DNA of 63,859 nt, filler included, from Basidiobolus ranarum (Eukaryota), in the NCBI GenBank assembly GCA_040143965.1. It is 7 parts of 7 records of this genome, joined end to end, with 100 filler letters (N's around TTAATTAATTAA, not from the genome) between each part and the next. Parts side by side here need not be neighbours in the genome. Positions count along the whole stretch, not along the records: positions 45,710 to 54,738 come from JASJQH010007758.1; positions 54,839 to 63,859 come from JASJQH010007759.1; 5 more parts are not named here. One strand, 5' to 3'. This document shows positions 53,404 to 63,859 of this stretch, one piece after another. The notes beneath the pieces were generated by a model that worked only from the letters and a program-made list of their open reading frames with translations, searched no databases and had not been told where the DNA came from. The translations under genes and the position numbers were made by a program. How positions within the stretch are numbered: position 1 is the first letter of the stretch; each line of letters begins with the position of its first letter.

Positions 53404-54738
53404 ATGACCACACTTGAAACTGCCAAAAATTATTCTTCCACAATAGTTGGTGTTGGAACACAACTGGCACTTACCACAGCCGTATCAGCCATCAGTTTTG
53501 CTGCTTTTGAAGCTCATCGAAGGTGGAGTTTGACAAAGCATCTCTACATTAACAGATGTAATTTAGAAAAGTTAGCTTCTTTCTATACCTTTTGATTCAT
53601 AATGCTTTTCATCGACTCAACATCGCTTCTCTAATTTTTTCTAGAAATCCGAGTCCTCCTCCCTCAACTGCTCTTTTCGGTTGGATATGGACTTCTTTGA
53701 CCTTGGACGAAGAGTTTTATTTGTCGCATGTTGGTCTAGATGCCGCAATGTATATACGATACCTTAAAATGGCTTTCCAACTGATGCTGTTTAGTTCCAT
53801 AATAATTGGTGCAATAGTATTACCCTTGAACTTTTTTGCAAAGGAAGCATCACTTGACCAGATCGAAAAAGTGTCCATGGCTAATATTCCCGACGGATCG
53901 AAAATGCTCTGGGTGCATTGGATAATGACCCATTTTTTCTCTTTTTATGCCCTTTACCTTTTGTACAAAAACAGCAAGGATCAAGCTTACCTTCGTATTC
54001 TATATCTTCAGACACAGGCCAGGAAGGGATGTATTCACACGCGTACAGTCATGGTTACACATATTCCAGAGACCTTAAGGCATGAGCAGCGTCTTAAAGT
54101 ATATTTTAATAGCTTAGGGGCTGGGAGTGTGGAGTCAGTTGTTTTCGTTCGCCGAGTCAGTAAACTTACTCGTAAAATCAAACGAAGAAATTTAACATTA
54201 CAGAAACTAGAACGTTGCCACTTAATTTTAGCCCGTCGCTTAATAGATGACCTGACAAAGAAGGGGATCAAAGCGTTCGACGATAGTAACTTAACTCCGG
54301 AAAAAACTAGTAATCTTCCTGAAATAAGTAGCAAAATATTAGCATTGGTGGAAACAAAAAAACTGTCAAAGCGGTCCCAGTTACCTACATTTAATATCGC
54401 TCACCCGTCATCCGATTTATGGGAGTTGATAGGCGAAATCGACCGCACTCTTCTGGACAAATATCAACCTAAACCTGGCCTGGGGGTTTTCTTCACTGGT
54501 CCTCCAGTAGTAACTATCGATTATATGTTGAAGAAATTCAACAAATTGGAGCAGCGCGTGGCGGAACTGCGTTCTCTAACAGAAAGGGCTAGTTATTACA
54601 CACCTACCAGTACTGCTTTTGTGACATTCGAGACACAGGTATCCGCCCAGTTATGCGCTCAAAGTATTATGTCCTCGCATCCGGTAACCTGTCATACCAA
54701 GATGGCCCCTGAGCGTCGCGGTTTGGTATGGCCCATTC
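53404..54738 (+). CDS. CSC1/OSCA/TMEM63 (RSN1-like) calcium-permeable channel, 3' truncated; intron 53571-53644
   Basis: FGWI..GLDAAMYIRYLKM..VLPLN, SMANI..LWVH, RTVMVTHIP, AFVTF..AQ and MAPE...LVW. Confidence 0.92.
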
Positions 54739-54838
54739 NNNNNNNNNNNNNNNNNNNNNNNNNNNNNNNNNNNNNNNNNNNNTTAATTAATTAANNNNNN
54801 NNNNNNNNNNNNNNNNNNNNNNNNNNNNNNNNNNNNNN
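54739..54838. other. Artificial scaffold linker
   Basis: N44-TTAATTAATTAA-N44. Confidence 0.98.
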
Positions 54839-55716
54839 ACACTTTGCTTATAAGATTTACTTCACTTCAGAAAAATTCTCTGTCTCCACTGACTACAAAA
54901 TTTTTGGAAGATTTCAACATTTCTAAAGCTGAGGTACTTCTTCCCAACTTCTTCATTGTGTATGACAAAATTTAGGATGCAGCCTTAAAAGTATATCAGG
55001 TAGCTTTATTGTATGAGTTTTATGTCTATCTTGATTTCTTTGTTTGTTTATATTGTCTGACTTGAGAGAAATACAGATTATATCTTTTGGTGCTTTTCAT
55101 CCCCCCCTAACCCAGGACAATACCATGTTTACAAGCTGGATTACATGCAAATGCCATATTTACAAGCTGTGTTACAGGGCAATACCATGTTTTTTCCAAT
55201 TTTGAATATTTTAAAATATATATGGCAAAAAACTAAACATATATCATGATTAAGCACATATGTGGTATTAAATGTTACAAAATGCATGAAAATTTCAAAC
55301 AGAATAATAAAATATGACATATTTTGATATTGGTAATTTTTAAGTTTTTTATAAAAGCATTATTTTTGATGAAAATAATCCAGTTTTTATGAAACTCTCA
55401 GCCCTAACCCTTACTAAGGTATATGAGTATGTGACTAGCTTCTCTTCATCCTACTATGATTTTCTTACATTTAAATTTATGAAAAACTATTATTCAGGGT
55501 GAGATGCCAAAAGTGTAAGTAATACACTTAATATTTGTATGCTCCCTGACTAAGTTTAATATGCAGAGTGAATAGAAATATGTTTATTAGTTCCACAAGC
55601 TCTAACCAAGCAACAGCATAGTGGCGTGCCAATAAGCAGCATAAATTATGAACATTTAGATAGAACTCAAACTGATATCTAAGATAATTCTCAAAAGCAG
55701 AAGCAATTTTAAGTAC

Positions 55717-56673
55717 CTATTTGAGCAACTCCGCTGTTGCTTTGAGAGTAATAAAACAATTAGCATTCCAGAACAGCCATCGATCGTCAGGTCCTTGTAA
55801 TGACATGTTTCTGAGTAAATCAATGAGAGTTGTTTTTTGCAGTTTGCTTGCGTTGGTCAAGATTTTTTCGGCAAAAAAGGCCAATAGCAACTCGGCTTGT
55901 TCATCCATTTCGTTGGATGAATCTTCAATGATGGAACTCACATCGATAAATGTATTGTATAGATACACTTGTAGTAATGATTGTTTACTCATTAAGCTCG
56001 GGATCCACGAAGAACAGAAGTCAGCATCTGAAGGATAAAGTGAGTAAATTGACTGGAGTATATTAGTACTGGTGAGCGTATGTCCGTCTGATGACTTTAT
56101 ACCAGCAAGGAGAGGGAACTGGCAAGTACCACCAGGTGAAGCATTATCAATTACCAGATGGCCAGTGTTGGGGGTTAGCAAATTGATCATTCTACGCAGA
56201 GAGACAGTAAGGGGACGAATAAAGTACATAGAATGGATACACAATACAAGATCGTAATGTTGAGTGGTTGTTGGAGGAGTGAAATGTTCAAACTTGGTCG
56301 GAAATAGCTGAATTGTAAGCTTTGGCATAGTGAACAGTAGCGAATCTCCAAGCTCTACCTGTGAGGTAGTGAATGATGAATTTATGGCCTCCGCAAATGC
56401 AGCAAAGTGGTTTGGATTCGGTTCGAGAGCATGATATGTAATGTTTGGGCACAGTGAAAGCAGTGTGCTATGGATGAGCTGAAGATCGACCGTTCCTATG
56501 CCACACCCAACAGAAAGTACACTCAGTTCTTCCTTCGTCTCAACCAGTTTAGCAATATTCTCTGCTAGCCATACTTTTGAGCTAAGCCCTTTATCGGTCG
56601 CCTGCAAGAAAGTGTCGAAGGAACGAGCGTAATAGTCGTGAGATGTAAGGAGATTTGGCAAATTATCAAACAT
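55717..56673 (-). CDS. Class I SAM-dependent methyltransferase, histamine N-methyltransferase-like
   Basis: VLSVGCGIGTVD (motif I), YHALEPN, YDLVLCIHSMYF and an N-terminal Y..SF..FL. Intronless, 318 aa. Confidence 0.85.
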   Translation of the reverse strand: MFDNLPNLLTSHDYYARSFDTFLQATDKGLSSKVWLAENIAKLVETKEELSVLSVGCGIGTVDLQLIHSTLLSLCPNITYHALEPNPNHFAAFAEAINSSFTTSQVELGDSLLFTMPKLTIQLFPTKFEHFTPPTTTQHYDLVLCIHSMYFIRPLTVSLRRMINLLTPNTGHLVIDNASPGGTCQFPLLAGIKSSDGHTLTSTNILQSIYSLYPSDADFCSSWIPSLMSKQSLLQVYLYNTFIDVSSIIEDSSNEMDEQAELLLAFFAEKILTNASKLQKTTLIDLLRNMSLQGPDDRWLFWNANCFITLKATAELLK

Positions 56674-57025
56674 GACATATAGAGTGACTCAAGAGCAAAC
56701 GCATTGATGGAACGTATTGATGGAATTTAATACTTCAAGATTCTACAATTCTAGGGGCAAGTTGTGTGGCTCGACTGTCTAATTAAGCCCCTTAATGGCG
56801 TTGCCAACCTTTTTAGTAGAGCTGCATCTTTCAAACGCAGTAATTAGTGAGATTTAATATCATGTCCCATCATGTGCAGCCTTTATTTAGTGATGTGCTT
56901 TGACAATGTATTAAGGTGAAACTACGGTCAGTCGATAATATATTGACTTCAAACTATGGTAAGTTTGCGTAATGTGAGTCTGTGCGCAATAGAGATTTAA
57001 GGTTGGTCATCACCTTTGATATAAT

Positions 57026-57087
57026 GGTGAATTGAGGTTAACGGTGAATTGAGGTAACGGTGAATTGAGGTTAACGGTGAATTGAGG
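57026..57087. repeat. Minisatellite, 17-bp unit GGTGAATTGAGGTTAAC, ~3.7 copies
   Basis: Read directly from the sequence. Confidence 0.95.
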
Positions 57088-58005
57088 ATAGTGGTTAAAA
57101 GGAAGAATAGCGATTTCAGGTTAGTAATTAAAAGTTGTATATCAAGTCCTATTGATGGCTTTCTCCACCTTCAGTTATACCTTATCAGGTATATGTTTTT
57201 TCCGTCTGCTGAATGTAGGCGCACTCCTGAATCAGCAAACTCCAATCACTGCTATATCCCTAATTGGGAGGTTTCTGAAAACTGAAAGTCCCTATTTTTC
57301 ACTTTTCAATATTAGCCCAATATTGTTGACCGAGTTGTACTATAGATAGCTTAATATTGAGGAGTACCTTTAGATATCAGAGCAGTTTCCTACTTAGGAT
57401 GCTTTTCTGGGATATACTTGTACCCTGTGATATATGTTAGGACATAGATTAAAGTCCGAAGCAGAAAAACCTTATCAGCTTTCAATATTATTTTTCATAG
57501 AAGCAAGACCACATGATATACACTTCGAAAATCCATTTAGTTTATATTTGCCAACTTTATGTAAAATATAAATGCGAAAACTCTCTGTACTATTATTTGT
57601 TCATGTCTTGCTATATCTGTCTTAATCTCTAGAATCGATAGACATTGCCAAGATCCCTGGTTTCGTAGCATTCTTCTAATATACACCAGGCTTTATGAGA
57701 ATTGGTACATCTCAGAATTTTCTCTTTGATATTACTACTCTTAAATTGCTAATAAATAAATATCTATCGAACTTCGTACATAACCTCACGATGGTTAGGC
57801 ATATCTCTTACATATGTCTATCTAAGTAAAAGAAAAACTTGCAAAACTACTTACAGCCTCAATAAAGATTTCATAATACATATTTTATAGGAGCCAATTA
57901 ATAGGAGCCAATTAATTATTATATTGATATAAATAAGATTAGAAAGAAAACTTGAAACTCAAGTTTTATTCACCACTGTTGATTTCTGGGAATGCGTAAC
58001 TATAC

Positions 58006-61000
58006 TTAAGACTGGGCCTGGCCTAAGTTTTGATGCTCAACGAGAGTGAAATATTTCTTTTTCATTGCCATAAGCTCTTGGTGTGTACCAGTTTCAACTA
58101 CGACACCACCTTCCACTACAAAAATACAATCAGCGTGTTGAATAGTAGATAGTCTATGTGCAACAGCGATAGTAGTACATCCGGTAGCAGCCTATAAAGT
58201 GGTTTAATGACTGTGATTCAAGACATGATTTCCAAATTTTACTTACCTTGTTCAAAGCATTTTGTACCACTTGCTCACTTTGAGAGTCAAGGGCTGAGGT
58301 GGCTTCATCAAGGAGTAAAATCTGATATGCAAGTGCGAGGTTAGTGTCAAGTGCTTTAGAAAGATTCAAAAATGGTTCATTACCTTAGGATTACGAATCA
58401 ATGCTCTTGCTATGGCAATTCTCTGTCTTTGACCACCACTAAGCTGAGATCCCTTAGTACCGCACATGGTATCGTAGCCTTCAGGAAGTGAGACAATGTA
58501 ATCGTGTATGTTTGCTTGCTTGCACACCATCTCTACTTCCTCTTGAGCAACATCCTCACGGTCTGTCCCAAGAAGTACATTGAAACGAATGCTGCCTTGA
58601 TACAAGACAGGTTCTTGACTTACTAGAGCAATATTACCTCGATGCTCTTTGACATTGCTCTGACGAATATCATGACCATCTATCAAGACTGTGCCTTGGA
58701 GAGGATCATAGAATCTAGTTAAGTTAGTAATACTATTCTTGTAATTTTGTTTAAAAATCAATATAAATCTAGTACCTTTCGATAAGAGAGATCACTGTAC
58801 TTTTACCACACCCACTTTCGCCAACAAGAGCGCAAAATTGACCTGGTTTAACCTAAAGAGTAACCATGTTAGTTCAGATTCATTATGGGTGTGTGACAAT
58901 GGAGCTTACAGTCAAGTTCAGTCCTTGGAGTACAGGAATGTCTGGTCGAGAAGGATAGCGGAAATGGACATCCTTCAGTTCCACACCACCCTCAATACTT
59001 CCATGATCTGAAGAGTTATTTGAATTATCTTTTTTCAAAATACTTGGTTTTTGATCGATCAACTGGAAAATGTTGCTGGCCGCTAATTTAGCCTTAGTGA
59101 GATCAGGTGCAAGCGAGAACATTTGACCAGAGGCTTGGGCACTGAAAAGCAGAGCAGGAAGTACGACAAAGAATTCCTTGGAAGTGAATTCTCCATTGCT
59201 CACTAATTTCGAACCCCACCTAAAATGGAAAATGATTAGTTAGAAAATGATTACAATTAATCGCAAGAAGCTATGCAAGCTTACCAGTATGCAAGAGCGT
59301 AAAGTAAGTAGGATATACTATAACCGAGTGCGAGCCAAAAGTTACCAGTCATGATAGATCTTAGACTGTTCTTATATGGCGCTTCCAAACTTTGATGGTA
59401 TAATCGGCAAACATCGTCTTCACGAGATAGAGTAGCGACAGTCTGAATGGAACCAATAGCTTCACTTGCCAAAGCTGCAGATTGAATATAGGCAGTTTCA
59501 TGTCGTCGCTAATGAATTGAAATTCAATAAGATTTTATGTGATTGAACTGAACACTAAAAACATACGTACATGGAAATTAGCAAGTACGCGAACTCGCAA
59601 AAATCCTGCCATCAGCATGACTGGAACAGCGGCCAGTACAACAATAGCGATCTTCCAAGCTATCACATGGGCCAAGATAATACCCGCAAACAAACTGGTC
59701 ATAATCGAGAAAACAGTGCCTACAACAACACCAGTAAGACCGCCCAGATGATTGGCGTCAGTGTTGAGCATTGAAATCAATGATCCAGTGGAATGGCGTT
59801 CATCATCAAACCACGTAATATCTTGATTAATTATTGATCTAGCATCGGTTTGAAGTCAGAAAATAAGGTGGAATTCGCAAAGAATTAAGTAAGCTAACCT
59901 GAATGACAAACAGCGGGTTCTGAGTAGCAATTTTTCTGACACCCATCCAAACATACTTCCATTAACTGAGTAGGCAGTGAATTCAATAAGTGCCACCATG
60001 AGAAACCCTAATTAAATGGAGATTATGTTAGTGGACAAGCAGTACAAGGAAAAAAGGCAATAAACTCACAAAAACTATATAAATTGACTTGAGATTCAAG
60101 TTTGGGCAAATCATTACGCATGCTCAACGCATCAATCATATGCGAAAAGAGAATAGCCTCCGCGGAATACGCTCCGCCGATTATAATCGAAGCTAAAAGA
60201 GGTTGAGTATTATGCTGTAATACAATCTAATAAACTGCCCATGTACTTACTAAGCAAGCCTCCTACTACATAGAGAGCCTCGGGTTTGATTAATCTACAA
60301 ACTTTTTTCATCACCGTAAATACACTTAGATGTAACTTGGTAGAGCTGCTCTGATTTTTCTCAGCATCCTCATCACTAGAAAGGAATTGGGGTTCATCCT
60401 TCAAAAGTAATGGGCCATCCGATTTCGCCATGGTGCTATCTATACTCTCAGCGGACATTTTTTTCGGGGCCAACTTCAAGTTAGCTTCAGTACTTTCACT
60501 TGAAGAGAAACTCTGTGCTTCCACTAGGTGATAATACGCTGACTTAAGCGAAAGAAGCTGATCGTGGGTTCCCTGTTCTAATATTTTGCCTTCAGTCCTT
60601 TACAAATAAAGCGTAGAATTAGTAAGTAAATGAAATCATCAGATATGACACTACTTACATTACTACAATATTATCAGCTTTTTTGACTGTTGATAATCTA
60701 TGAGCAATAATAACCGTAGTTCTATTCTTGGTTGCCTTTTCTAATGACTCTTGAATAAGGCGTTCACTGGTGACATCTAGAGCTGAAGTCGCCTGATAGT
60801 ATACATTAATGCCCATTTTACAGAACCAGTACTTCATCGTATCTTACCTCATCTAAAAGTAAAATTTTGGGATCCGACACAATTGCACGAGCCAAAGCAA
60901 TTCTTTGCTTTTGACCTCCGGAAAGTAGAAGTCCGCCCTCACCAACGTTGGTGTTATACCCATCTGGAAGTTTAATGATAAAGTTATGTGCATTAGCTAG

Positions 61001-62787
61001 TTTAGCTGCTTCTATACATAATTCATCAAGCTCTTCCTTCTTCAATGGTGAAGTACTGCTATTTAACAACCCATGAGCAATATTATCCAAGATGGTGGTA
61101 TTAAATAAAGCAGGATTTTGCATCACTAATTTCATTTGTCCTCTTAACCAGTGAATATTAAGATCCTTGATATTTTTTTCGTCAAGAAGGATTTCACCCT
61201 CCACTGGGTCATAAAATCTCTCAATAAGACTCACTACAAAATATACCCTTGATAAGAATAAACGACAATCACTATTACAATATCTATCAAAACTGACCGA
61301 TTGTAGACTTTCCGGAACCAGAGACACCTACAATAGCCGTAGTTTTTCCGGCGGGGATAGTCAAATCAATTCCCTTGAGAACAACACTATCTGGTCGACT
61401 AGGATAAACAAAGGTCACGTTGCGTAATTCCAAACGACCTTCACATTTCTCAGGCTTAAGTCCGTCTTTAGAGGCGGAATCGATTGGCGAAACTCTATCA
61501 ATTGTTCTGAACAGCTTCTCACCTGCGCCCGAAGCGAGTGAAAATGTTTGAATAAATGGAGCAATTTGTCCAATAACCATAGCACCTATGATAATAATAG
61601 ATCAGTAAACGCTTATTATCACACTGCCGGTTTGAAGTTATACGTACTGTCTAACACCAAGAAGATTACGGTGTAAACACTTCCAGTATCTCTAGTTATA
61701 TCTGCCATGATGAGTCTTGAACCCTCCCAAAAGGCCAATGCATTAGCGGAATAAGCTATGAAGAAAATTCCACCGAGCATGAGCGCACCAGCAATTGCTT
61801 TACGTAATCCTTGTCTGGAGGCGATATGAAGATTTTTTTCGTATAAAGCAGAAAGACGCTCTTGAGAATTAAATGCTTGGGCTATTCTTACATTGGCTAA
61901 AGCTTCTTCGGCTACCGTACTAGCTTTAGAATAACTTTCCAAACTACGAGTAGTGTATAAAGCTGTTATCAATGAGCCACCACTGGCCACGATCAAAAAT
62001 GCCGGCACCACGCAAAATAATATACCAGTCAGGACAGCATTCTCGATGAAACCAACAGTGAAAGCAGCAATAAAGTAAGATATTGACTGTATGCACAATC
62101 CTACTTTTTCGGACGTTCCATTTTGAATGATTTGAGTGTCACCTGTAATTCGGCTCGATACCTAAACAAGTGGAGGATTGTTCAGTTAGAAAATAGTGTG
62201 AAGTTCACCACTAGAACACGTAATCCTACCTCTCCAGCACCAAGTTGATTGAAGTAAGCGATGTTTTGGCGTAAAACTGCTTTGAGATAATTCTCACGGA
62301 CTTGGCGAGTCAGACGTTCGCCAATAAGACTCCAACACACAGTATAAGTATAGGTCAGAACAAAATAGCCGATAGCTACGTAAATAAGTTGTAAAATCTT
62401 AGTGTTAACTCCATCTTTAAAGTGTTCTAGTTGTTCAGGAGTTGCAGGAGACGCGCCGGAAGAGAATTGAGTCGAAAAATCATCTACGAGATCACCAAAC
62501 AAAGCACCTATAATTGGTAAAGGTACACCAGCACCAAGAGCGCATATAAATCCCAGTACGATCAAGAAAACATCCAGTTTGGTTTTGTATCTGAACAGGT
62601 GAAAGTATCTCGGTTTGAAAAATGAAGTTTTACTGGAAGAAGGCTCTTGTATCTGTTCCTCTAAAAATCTTCGTTGTTGTTCACCAAGGACCGTAACAGG
62701 TTCTACTGATATCTTAACGGGAGCTCCATCTAAAGATTGTAATTGAATGCCACTTTGGACACCATCAGGCGCTTGAGAAGCGCCCAT
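58006..62787 (-). CDS. Full-length ABCB (MDR/P-glycoprotein-type) transporter, multi-exon
   Basis: TMD-NBD-TMD-NBD. Walker [10 protein letters not shown] and GESGCGKST, signatures LSGGQKQR and [25 protein letters not shown]. Ends ..NLGQAQS*. Confidence 0.96.
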
Positions 62788-63304
62788 ATTTTCACAGAAA
62801 TAATTTTCTTTTTCGGTGAATCAAGAATGAAGAAGGTCTCAATAAAGAGTGCTGATTTGCATATATATATATTGACTAGTAAGTACCTCGGCTCCCATGA
62901 ACTATTTAAGCAAAGGACGACTGATAATTGAAATTGGTCGGTCTTTCTGTCGGAAGAAATTAAGAAAAGTAGAATTTGCCTCAACTCCAATTAATACATG
63001 AACATATTTATCTGATCCAAGCAATATGCTATATTAGGTAACCTGACTCCCATGAAAGGAAACAGTGATGAACTAAGCGTATTATATCCATGCTCATGGT
63101 GGATCATCAGATAAATCAGGTTATACCACCGCTAGTTATTAAGTTTATCGATACTACTTGTGTTACACCTTTTGGTCAGCTATGGAAGAGTTTCTCCGGC
63201 TATTTATTTCTTGTGCATGAGCTTCACTTTCTGGGGTTGACCGTAGGTTACAGGCATGTATTAGCGAGAATGCAAAAGGAGACTTATCAAAGTACAGATG
63301 CAGA

Positions 63305-63347
63305 CTACTACTACTGCTGCTACTACTACTGCTGCTACTACTACTAC
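63305..63347. repeat. Compound trinucleotide microsatellite (TAC/TGC)n
   Basis: Read directly from the sequence. Confidence 0.9.
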
Positions 63348-63463
63348 CAAATGACTAGATAAATTTGTATGTGAAAAACGATTTACTATTTACTCAACAG
63401 TGAAAACCAGTATGACGTTTAATTAATCTTGCAAGATAAGCAGCTTCTATATGTAAGATCGCC

Positions 63464-63516
63464 TGTAATAGGTGAATTATAATTGTAATAGGTGAATTAT
63501 AATTGTAATAGGTGAA
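63464..63516. repeat. Minisatellite, 20-bp unit TGTAATAGGTGAATTATAAT, ~2.7 copies
   Basis: Read directly from the sequence. Confidence 0.95.
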
Positions 63517-63859
63517 AGATCGTCGGTTATGGAATCCGATTCTACATCAGATAAAACGTGCTTAAACACCCTGATCAGATAATTAGCAACCACCATAAAT
63601 CTAACCAGCCCATGTCACTAATGCAATGAATTACTGTTAAAGGAAACCGTAAACAGGCAACATAAAACTTATAATGGCGTATTGCTTGCCCCAATATTAG
63701 TTCCGAGAGAATTTCTGATTCGAGAATACATGTCTTACCGGTAATTACTCACTTGCATAACTCTCTCACTTGCACCAAACAAAATATGTATCCTAAATAT
63801 GTGTCCTCCGGGTCATCGTTCCCTATTTTAGTATCGGAAGTAAATTTACTAAAATGTAC

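Noticed and set aside
55100-55415. CCCTAACCC as telomeric repeats
   Set aside because: Only two isolated single units. More likely part of an AT-rich repeat fragment.
57026-57087. CRISPR-like array
   Set aside because: Units are directly adjacent with no unique spacers, there are no cas genes, and the context is eukaryotic. The same applies to 63464-63516.
63090-63362. ORF ending in a poly-Tyr/Cys tract
   Set aside because: The tract is just the translated (TAC/TGC)n microsatellite in the ABCB upstream region.
36579-63859. A metabolic gene cluster combining carotenoid oxygenase, DGK1, methyltransferase and ABCB
   Set aside because: The genes lie on different scaffolds separated by artificial linkers. 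Only pairs within one scaffold are truly adjacent.

Overview
This is not one locus. It is seven unrelated scaffolds of about 9 kb (9054, 9048, 9040, 9036, 9031, 9029 and 9021 bp, in descending size) joined by artificial 100-bp spacers (N44-TTAATTAATTAA-N44). The DNA is intron-containing, AT-rich and eukaryotic, most consistent with an early-diverging fungus (Mucoromycota/Zoopagomycota-like; this is inference). Scaffolds 1 and 3 are CpG-depleted transposon graveyards with CACTA/CMC, Ty1/copia, Ty3/gypsy and solo LTRs. The others carry ordinary genes: a DYRK/Pom1-like kinase, a group-I G-alpha, an SCPx thiolase start, two DPBB+CBM19 expansin-like paralogs, a carotenoid oxygenase end, DGK1, TPT-family transporter paralogs, a SIP5 start, RSM24/mS35, a CSC1/OSCA channel, an HNMT-like methyltransferase and an ABCB transporter. 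The most interesting signals are: a decayed, intron-containing Fanzor1 (eukaryotic TnpB)-like locus at about 48.6-50.4 kb with candidate element ends; an LTR-like insert with phased heat-shock elements; copia elements with half-tRNAiMet primer sites; a mitochondrial LSU rRNA fragment fused just upstream of an expansin-like gene; and GGTGAATT tandem repeats upstream of both genes in a methyltransferase/ABCB pair. All family calls come from motif recognition by eye, with no database searches.
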